Program-made: the position numbers and the translations under genes | Notes under the pieces: model-generated | Told to the model about the DNA's origin: nothing | The model's input: only the letters and a program-made list of their open reading frames with translations | Database searches by the model: none | Part shown: positions 57,525 to 64,000 of the stretch, one piece after another | Layout of the letters: each line of letters begins with the position of its first letter | How positions within the stretch are numbered: position 1 is the stretch's first letter | Virus record (IMG/VR): IMGVR_UViG_3300044797_000094 | Location: 12,388 to 76,387 of that record | Length of the DNA: 64,000 bases | Strand: one strand, 5' to 3' | Source: a virus

Positions 57525-57923
57525 ATGTCAAGCTGGAGTAACGTCCCAGGTGAATTTGGACTGGAATTGGACATTGACGAGGACGGCGATCTATTTGACT
57601 GTGGAACTGAAGTCGGTTGCGGAAATGCTGATTTGGAATTCCTGAAGCCGCATGTCGAGTTTCTTTTCCCGTCCGGTCCCAGCGTCGAAGTCTTCATCAA
57701 TTTCACGTCAACCGGATCGCACCAGTATGCTTCGATGTACGGCGGATGTGACAATCTCGGTTGGCCAGAAGAATTCGAAGAAGAGCGGTCATTCGAATCG
57801 GCGGAAATCTTCGTTGATGGCAAGCGTGTCGCAACGCTGCCGCAAAACGTCGGCCTAAAACTGTTCGATCTATTCGAGGAGCGAATCCAGAAGGTTGAAT
57901 TGGAAAGCGAGCGATGCGAATGA
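57525..57923 (+). CDS. Hypothetical acidic protein
   Basis: GGAGG RBS after the promoter. Confidence 0.65.
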   Translation: MSSWSNVPGEFGLELDIDEDGDLFDCGTEVGCGNADLEFLKPHVEFLFPSGPSVEVFINFTSTGSHQYASMYGGCDNLGWPEEFEEERSFESAEIFVDGKRVATLPQNVGLKLFDLFEERIQKVELESERCE

Positions 57924-58171
57924 AGGTTATCGGCATGAACTTCGAAATCTCTCGCAACGAAGAAAACGAGATCGAGCCTTGTGGGTGCTGCAAATATCCG
58001 GCGCCGACTCGCATCCATGAGGACAGTGAAGGTCGCGTCCGCATCTGTGAGATTTGTTCAAGTACATTTCTCGCAATGACACGATCGACCGATATCTGAG
58101 CAGTGGAATCGCGTGGATCGGAAACAAGATCCTCGACGAGATTCGATCCCTGAAAATTGAAAGGCCAAACC

Positions 58172-59212
58172 ATGTCGACTGAACTCGCGGTTCTCGAAAA
58201 ACCAGAAGCCAAGCTCGCTGAAATCCGTTTCAGCGTCACTGAAACAACCATCAAGGAAACGATCGCAAAATTCGTTGATCTGAAAATCAACGGAATCGAT
58301 GACGAAGAGGGTTTCGCGAAAGTGAAGCGGGCTCGCCTTGATTGCGTCAAGGCCCGGACGACGATCGACAAAGAGCGGCTTGCGGCCGGCGCTGAGTTTC
58401 GAGAACAAATCAAGAAAGTCGATGCGTCAGCGAAAAATCTGCTGTCAATGCTGGAACCGACAGAATGCCGATTGAAAAACCTTGAGGACGGCGTCGAGAA
58501 AGAGCGTCAGAAAATCGCCGAACAAAAGCTCGACGTCCGCCATCGAATCCGACAAAACAAAATCAAAGAAGCTGGTGGAGCGCACACGAGGGACAGCGTG
58601 CGAATGTGGACCGATGAAGCATTTGAAAGCTACTTGGTCGAGTGCGCCGAGTTCAACCGTCAACGCAAGGAACGCGAAGCGGAAGAGGCCAAAATCGCGG
58701 ACGCGAATCGACTCAAGCAAGAGGAGTTGAAAAAAGCCGAAGCCGCTCTCGCCGAACGGAAGCGAAAACTAGACGAACAAGCGGTTGAGCAAAATCGGAT
58801 TCAGGATGAACTCGCCGAAAAAGAGAGACTGTCAAAAGCGATCGGGACAATGACGGAACCTGTTATGCCGGGCATTCCATTCGACGCAGTGCCGACTGAC
58901 GAGGCGAACGAGATATCAAGAGATGGATACATCGGGTTTGAGATCAAGCCGGCCGACAGATTCTTTTCCGGATTACCGACCTCACTCGGTAAGGCAAAAC
59001 GAGATCCCCGCGAAGACTACGAGCGAGTCATGGAGTTCGCCGAAAAGGTCACCGACCTAAAATCGCCAAGGCTTTCCAGTGAGAATCAGGACGACGAACG
59101 AGCGATCGGAAAAGCTCATGGAGAATTCTTGAGAATCGTCCTGGGCATCGCCGACAAGTACGAAGACCAATTGGAATCAAGGCCACGAGAAAATCAGTTC
59201 GTGGCAGGGTAA
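58172..59212 (+). CDS. Coiled-coil phage protein (DUF1351-like)
   Basis: VKRARLDCVKARTTIDKER...VDASAK; long coiled coil. Confidence 0.55.
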   Translation: MSTELAVLEKPEAKLAEIRFSVTETTIKETIAKFVDLKINGIDDEEGFAKVKRARLDCVKARTTIDKERLAAGAEFREQIKKVDASAKNLLSMLEPTECRLKNLEDGVEKERQKIAEQKLDVRHRIRQNKIKEAGGAHTRDSVRMWTDEAFESYLVECAEFNRQRKEREAEEAKIADANRLKQEELKKAEAALAERKRKLDEQAVEQNRIQDELAEKERLSKAIGTMTEPVMPGIPFDAVPTDEANEISRDGYIGFEIKPADRFFSGLPTSLGKAKRDPREDYERVMEFAEKVTDLKSPRLSSENQDDERAIGKAHGEFLRIVLGIADKYEDQLESRPRENQFVAG

Positions 59213-59389
59213 GGCACGAGGCGCCGTTGACCTGATGGTTGTGGGTCGTGCCGAGTCCTTATGTGAGGGGCCAAAGCGGGCCAGCGGGTCGTATCCGTTG
59301 CTCGGCAATGTGAAAACGGTTAATAATTAACGAACCGAAATTGAAAATGAATTGTCCGCAGCATCAACTGCCGGTCAGGAGTACATCTA

Positions 59390-59656
59390 ATGTCAACTTG
59401 CGAATCGCAACAAAATAAAGAAAATTCTCAAGTGATTGTCCGCGCCTATGGCGGAGAACCGGTACGACTCTGCTGCGTTGCACGAGATGGCGATGTTGTG
59501 GAAGTATCTGGTAGCGATCCAGGGAAGACGTTAGCGCTTCCGCGACAACTCGTGATCTCATTCAATCAATTTGTGTTTGATCGGCTTGAGAAAGCGTTCA
59601 GAACGGGAGAGCCTCACGCGATCGACGAAGCGTGGAAAGCGGCCAAGACAGCATAG
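59390..59656 (+). CDS. Hypothetical protein nested in Y-RNA-like flanks
   Basis: AGGAG RBS; VIVRAYGGEP...LWK-type small protein. Confidence 0.55.
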   Translation: MSTCESQQNKENSQVIVRAYGGEPVRLCCVARDGDVVEVSGSDPGKTLALPRQLVISFNQFVFDRLEKAFRTGEPHAIDEAWKAAKTA

Positions 59657-59683
59657 CACAAATCGTCGAGCGAGTTTTGAAAC

Positions 59684-59820
59684 AACGGTCTGACTGCCAT
59701 GATTGGAGTACATCTCTTGTAAAGATGAGATGCTGGTTCGAATCCAGCCGGACTCCGCAAGGGGAACGTCGTCTAATGGTAGGATGCAAAACCCTCTGAT
59801 CAAATCTTCGTCAGGCCGTT
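59684..59820 (+). ncRNA. yrlA: YrlA-like Y RNA with permuted tRNA-like domain
   Basis: AACGGTCTGAC/GTCAGGCCGTT terminal stem; TGATTGGAG/CTCTGATCA stem; T arm GCTGG-TTCGAAT-CCAGC precedes a GCAA-capped stem and D arm CGTC-TAATGGTAG-GATG; adjacent to TROVE. Confidence 0.8.
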
Positions 59821-59829
59821 TTTGAAATG

Positions 59830-59894
59830 AGCGATTCAACTGCCTTACCGGACTACATTTTATTGCGTCTGGTGAACAACTTCGTTGGGTCGCT
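59830..59894 (+). ncRNA. Short second Y RNA (Ro-binding stem only)
   Basis: AGCGATTCAAC/GTTGGGTCGCT and TTACCGGAC/GTCTGGTGA stems; same ACTGCC, TACAT and CTTCGT motifs. Confidence 0.7.
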
Positions 59895-59927
59895 TTTCGT
59901 CGAACACTAGCTGCAAAGTAACTTCTC

Positions 59928-61559
59928 ATGGCCAATCCAGAACTATTCACGAGTGCGACCGCATCTCTTCCACCGGCAACGACCACAAACGCAGCGGGTG
60001 GTCCGGCATACGCATTCGGGCCAAAGCACGCCCTGGCACAACTCGCGGCAACCGGCTGTTTCAACGGCACGTTCTATGTCGATGCCAAATCGCAATTGGA
60101 TACGCTTAAAGCCTTGATAGCCAAGGTTGATGACGGTCAGTTCCTGGCCAAGCTCGCAATCTACAGTCGTGAACGGGCATTCATGAAAGACATGCCAGCG
60201 GCCTTGACAGCGGCGCTGGCTTCTCATGATACCGTTCTATTTCACAAGGTGTTCGATCGAGTCATCGACAATGGCCGAGTTCTGCGGACGCTGTTCCAGA
60301 TGATCCGCTCTGGCCAGTTCGGCAAGAAAAGTCTGTCGAGTTCCGTTCAGCGTGCTTTTCAGAGATGGCTGAATACCGCGTCGGTTGAGAAGCTGCTTTC
60401 CGCATCGATCGGCGACAAGCCGAGCTTGCGGGATGTTCTGCGGATGGCGAGGCCAACTCCGATCGACAATGAGCGACGGGCGGCGTTTGGATGGCTCGCT
60501 GGAAAGGATGCTGAAAAGTGGCTGCCAGCAACCGCGAATGACCTACCGTCGCAAATCAGATTATTGAACGCCTTTCGTGGAGCGACCACAGAGGGCCAAC
60601 AGCTTGAATTGATCGGCGACCTTCATGCCCGATGGGACATGTTGTCGGATACCGCGAAAGGTCCGAAGGTCTGGTCGGCGATCGCGAAGAACATGGGTTT
60701 GCAAGCCTTGCGGATGAATCTGAACACGCTCAAGCGGCACGGAGTATTCGAAGTCGACGGAATGATCAATGAAGTCGCTGGGCGCCTGTCGGACGAAAAC
60801 GAGATCAAGAAGTCCAGACAATTCCCCTATCAATTCTTCGCGGCCTATATGAACGCCTCGGATGAAATCCCACACGCAATTCGATCGTCGCTTCACAAGG
60901 CGGCGGAAATCGCTTGTGGCAGCGTTCCGGAGTTGTCAGGGCCGGTCGTCATCGGCGTTGACGTCTCGGGCTCGATGCGATCGCCAGTGACCGGCAATCG
61001 TGGCGATGGAGCGACGTCAAAAATGCGATGCGTGGACGTCGCGGCATTGGTTGCAGCGGCAATTCTGCGGCGTAATCCAGACAGCATTGTTATCCCATTC
61101 GATGTGAATGCATTCGATGTGCGAGTTGATCCATCCGACTCAATTCTGAGTCTGTCTGAACGATTGGCACAATTCGGCGGCGGTGGGACGGATTGCACGC
61201 TGCCGATCCGCAAGGCGAACACTGAGTTGTCGCATCGTAAATTCGCGGGAGTTGTGCTGGTCAGCGACAATGAAAGCTGGATCAACGCAGGTCGAGGCTG
61301 GGGATATTGTCGAAATGGTTCGACCGGCGTCATGAATGAATGGCAAACGTTCGTGAAAAACCAGAAGCAGTTGAACCCGTCAGCATTGCCGAAACTCATC
61401 TGTATCGACCTTCAGCCAAACACGAGCACGCAAGCGCCGGACCGCTCGGACATTCTGAATGTCGGCGGATTCAGCGATGCAGTGTTCGATGTCGTGTCGT
61501 CGTTCATGAGTGGTGATGCTGGACGATTCGTGACAGAGATCGAAGCTATTGAAATATAG
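59928..61559 (+). CDS. rsr: Ro60/Rsr TROVE-domain RNA-binding protein
   Basis: [23 protein letters not shown], vWA DVSGSM, GGGTD, SDNESW, GGFSD. Confidence 0.92.
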   Translation: MANPELFTSATASLPPATTTNAAGGPAYAFGPKHALAQLAATGCFNGTFYVDAKSQLDTLKALIAKVDDGQFLAKLAIYSRERAFMKDMPAALTAALASHDTVLFHKVFDRVIDNGRVLRTLFQMIRSGQFGKKSLSSSVQRAFQRWLNTASVEKLLSASIGDKPSLRDVLRMARPTPIDNERRAAFGWLAGKDAEKWLPATANDLPSQIRLLNAFRGATTEGQQLELIGDLHARWDMLSDTAKGPKVWSAIAKNMGLQALRMNLNTLKRHGVFEVDGMINEVAGRLSDENEIKKSRQFPYQFFAAYMNASDEIPHAIRSSLHKAAEIACGSVPELSGPVVIGVDVSGSMRSPVTGNRGDGATSKMRCVDVAALVAAAILRRNPDSIVIPFDVNAFDVRVDPSDSILSLSERLAQFGGGGTDCTLPIRKANTELSHRKFAGVVLVSDNESWINAGRGWGYCRNGSTGVMNEWQTFVKNQKQLNPSALPKLICIDLQPNTSTQAPDRSDILNVGGFSDAVFDVVSSFMSGDAGRFVTEIEAIEI

Positions 61560-61738
61560 GCTTGTCGATCGCATCCTTGAGTAAGATGCGTCCCGACCGG
61601 TGCGGGGAAAATGCTCTTGGGGCTCGACGAACGGAAACGCCGAACCCTGAAAAGGTGAGTTGGCCGATCCTGACAGTACCGACCAGTGGAAAGACACAGG
61701 GTATTTGCGGACTCGCAATTCGTTTCACGGAGGGAATT

Positions 61739-61960
61739 ATGCTTGTTTTGTCTCGTGGCCTGAAGGAAGAAGTTGTGATCGGGAAAGCTGGGCAAGTTCT
61801 GAGCGGCCCAATCATTGTCTCCATCGAGGCATTCCGGCTCGGGAAGGTGCAGCTTGGATTTCATTGCGATCGAGAAATACCAGTCCATCGCAAAGAGGTC
61901 CAGGAGCGCATTGACGAGGAATGTGACGACCGCAATTCCGGAAGAAATAGTGATCTATGA
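61739..61960 (+). CDS. csrA: CsrA/RsmA-like translational regulator
   Basis: MLVLSR..KEEVVIG...KVQLGF....IPVHRKEV. Confidence 0.85.
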   Translation: MLVLSRGLKEEVVIGKAGQVLSGPIIVSIEAFRLGKVQLGFHCDREIPVHRKEVQERIDEECDDRNSGRNSDL

Positions 61961-62088
61961 TACAGGTCGCATGCGCGGCAACTGGCGAGACGATCGAATG
62001 CAAAGAGACTGCCAAGGGAAATCCGAAACTCTCCCGCGGTCGGAAATGGCGCGGCGATAAAGCGTATTCTGCGGAAAACGCCGAGTCA

Positions 62089-62136
62089 AAATCGTCATCA
62101 ATTTCCATTGACGACGCGATATCCAGAGGCTAGAAT
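62089..62136 (+). promoter_or_regulatory. Operator-like box plus promoter
   Basis: AAATCGTCATCAATTT (62089-62104); TTGACG-N17-TAGAAT. Confidence 0.75.
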
Positions 62137-62183
62137 CAAAGCCGTGGTGATGCACGGTCCTCATGAAATCTGGAGCGAAAATC

Positions 62184-62501
62184 ATGGAGCAATTCGAAGT
62201 CAATCAGCAGATCGCAATGAGCCGTCGAGACGAAAAGCTTCGCGAAGTCTACGACTCGTGGAAAGCGAACTTCCCAGCCTACGAAGAATTTGAACTATTC
62301 GCCGATCTTGGCGTCTGTGAATTCGACGTCAATGAGTGCGTTGAATGCAACGATGGCCGGAGCGGAATGGTTGTCGGAACCGACATCGACGAAGACGGGC
62401 GACGTAAATACCGCATCGAGTTCCCTGATCCAGATAATCTCGATGACGAATCAATGAATGAGTGCGATTGGTACTTCGAGCGCGAATTAGCTCATGCATG
62501 A
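62184..62501 (+). CDS. Hypothetical protein
   Basis: GGAG RBS after the promoter. Confidence 0.6.
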   Translation: MEQFEVNQQIAMSRRDEKLREVYDSWKANFPAYEEFELFADLGVCEFDVNECVECNDGRSGMVVGTDIDEDGRRKYRIEFPDPDNLDDESMNECDWYFERELAHA

Positions 62502-63105
62502 TCGGTGCGGCGATGTGGGTCTGTTTACCATCCATCTGTTCAGTGGAATCGGAGGCGGCATCCTCGGAGATTTGCTCCTTGGCCACGTCCCTATCTGCGC
62601 CGTCGAGATCGAACCGTATCCCAGGAGAGTTCTGTTGCAACGACAACTTGATGGAATTCTTCCGGTCTTTCCAATTTGGGACAATATTGAAACGTTTCGA
62701 CATGACAATCCGGAAACCGCTGAATTCTTCCAGAGAGCCAGCGCAGTCAGAAGTCGGCTGTGCATCGCGGGCGGGTTCCCTTGTCAAGACATCAGCAGCG
62801 CCGGGAAAGGCAAAGGGATCACAGGGCCGAAAAGTCGGCTCTGGAAAGAAATGGCCAGAATCATTGGCGAAATACGACCGGCGTTCGCGTTCATTGAAAA
62901 CAGCCCAAATCTCGTTGTTCGGGGGCTTGATCGAGTTCTCTGCGATCTTGCCGAGATGGGGTACGATGCGGAATGGGCGGTTGTATCGGCGCGAGATGCC
63001 ATCTGGAATCAAGCGTGTCCGAGCGTTGATCACGAAAGAAAAAGAACCTGGATTCGTGCTCACTATGCCGACCCTGAATTGCGACGGGTATCGAAGCGAC
63101 GGTGA
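62494..63105 (+). CDS. C5-cytosine DNA methyltransferase, N-terminal/catalytic part (motifs I-VIII)
   Basis: LFSGIGG, GGFPCQDIS, IENSPNL, HERKRTWI. Confidence 0.85.
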   Translation: MHDRCGDVGLFTIHLFSGIGGGILGDLLLGHVPICAVEIEPYPRRVLLQRQLDGILPVFPIWDNIETFRHDNPETAEFFQRASAVRSRLCIAGGFPCQDISSAGKGKGITGPKSRLWKEMARIIGEIRPAFAFIENSPNLVVRGLDRVLCDLAEMGYDAEWAVVSARDAIWNQACPSVDHERKRTWIRAHYADPELRRVSKRR

Positions 63106-63754
63106 ACTGCGAATTCTGGCGCGACTGTTCGATGAAGACGAATTGCGATGTCTGGCGGATCGGGCGGCTGAGTCGAAGATCGAAAAAGCGATTCAAACCG
63201 TGCCGACTATAACAGTTTGCGGAAACAACAACCGGAAGGGCGTCAGCGATAAAGCAGGAGATGGATTGGCGACATTTGTAAAACGATTTCCGACACCGAC
63301 ATCTCATGATGCGAAAGACACTAATGCGCCAAGCGAAAGAGAACGAAACTCGCCGTCGCGAGCGACGGCGGTTACCCATCTGCCGACGCTCATCAAGTCA
63401 GATGCGGATAGTTGGAACAACACAATAGCCGAAAAGCGGGCCAACGGCGGATTGTATGTCCGGCTCGGAAATGCATTGACAGAAAATGGACTTCCGGTCG
63501 GAGGAAAGCTAAATCCAGATTGGTCCGAGTTCCTGATGGGATTTCCGATCGGCTGGACGAAATTGGAACCGCTGGATCAATCAGTGATTCGTGATTGGAT
63601 GAACCAAGCCAGCTTATGGGCGGAAGAACCAGTCCCGAGAATTGCAATGACATCGCCGAAACGATCGTCGAGAATCGCGGCTCTTGGGAACGCTCAGGTT
63701 CCACATCAAGCGAAGCTCGCGTGGGAAATTTTATCAATGGAGGAAGCAAAGTGA
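62497..63754 (+). CDS. Overlapping-frame partner of the C5 methyltransferase (PT-repeat region plus motifs IX-X); start uncertain
   Basis: PT repeats, LNPDWSEFLMGFPIGWT, RIAALGNAQVP. Confidence 0.7.
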
Positions 63755-64000
63755 CAGAATCAGCCCTCGAAGAAACTGAAGTCGCCGAACTTGGCGACAC
63801 AGAAAAAAATGTCGGCTGCGACTCGTGCGAGTCGTGTTTCTTTTGGAAAGTCAAAGGAAAAAGCCACATATCGGTGTATGGCGACTGCCACCGGTTTCCA
63901 CCGAAGAACGAAGGTGATGATAGGCCAGTCTTTCCGAATACTTGGGCGGCTACGTGGTGTGGCGAGTACAAGCGTGAGCCAGGAAGTCCGATTGATCGGC
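63751..64000 (+). CDS. Hypothetical Cys-rich protein, 3'-truncated
   Basis: GGAGG RBS, GTG start; CESCFFW...GDCHRFPP...WCGEY. Confidence 0.55.
   Translation, partial: MTESALEETEVAELGDTEKNVGCDSCESCFFWKVKGKSHISVYGDCHRFPPKNEGDDRPVFPNTWAATWCGEYKREPGSPIDR

Noticed and set aside
59711-59786. Canonical tRNA-Thr(UGU)
   Set aside because: The D arm lies 3' of the T arm, the acceptor-like stem is loop-closed and there is no CCA end; it fits a Y RNA better.

Overview
64 kb of a tailed dsDNA phage or prophage genome (HK97-type head, probably siphovirus-like tail). Almost all genes are on the + strand, many coupled by ATGA/GTGA overlaps. A Planctomycetota host is an inference from the style of the RimI and CsrA proteins. 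Order along the window: (1) a 5'-truncated portal polyprotein carrying a 2H-phosphoesterase (Acb1-like), Zn ribbons and a PI3/4-kinase-like domain; (2) type IB topoisomerase, a decayed HNH gene, small regulators, RimI and MuF; (3) a coupled operon of NDP-sugar enzymes running straight into an array-less type IV-B CRISPR-Cas effector module (csf1-cas11-csf2-cysH-like-csf3), with convergent hddC/hddA; (4) early-type genes; (5) prohead protease, capsid, head-tail and tail genes with a -1 frameshift; (6) Ser-rich tail-tip genes followed by four glycosyltransferases and RmlD; (7) replication initiator with ori, and DnaB; (8) a Y-RNA cluster, Ro60/TROVE and CsrA; (9) a C5 methyltransferase split over two overlapping frames. 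A 16-bp quasi-palindrome occurs 8 times, 7 of them at sigma70-type promoters. Most promising as undescribed systems: the motif-tagged capsid-cargo polyprotein system, the putative virion glycosylation system with Ser-tailed mini-proteins, and the type IV-B module embedded in the sugar operon. No terminase, integrase, endolysin, cas1/2 or CRISPR array is visible. All calls come from reading motifs by eye; no searches were run.
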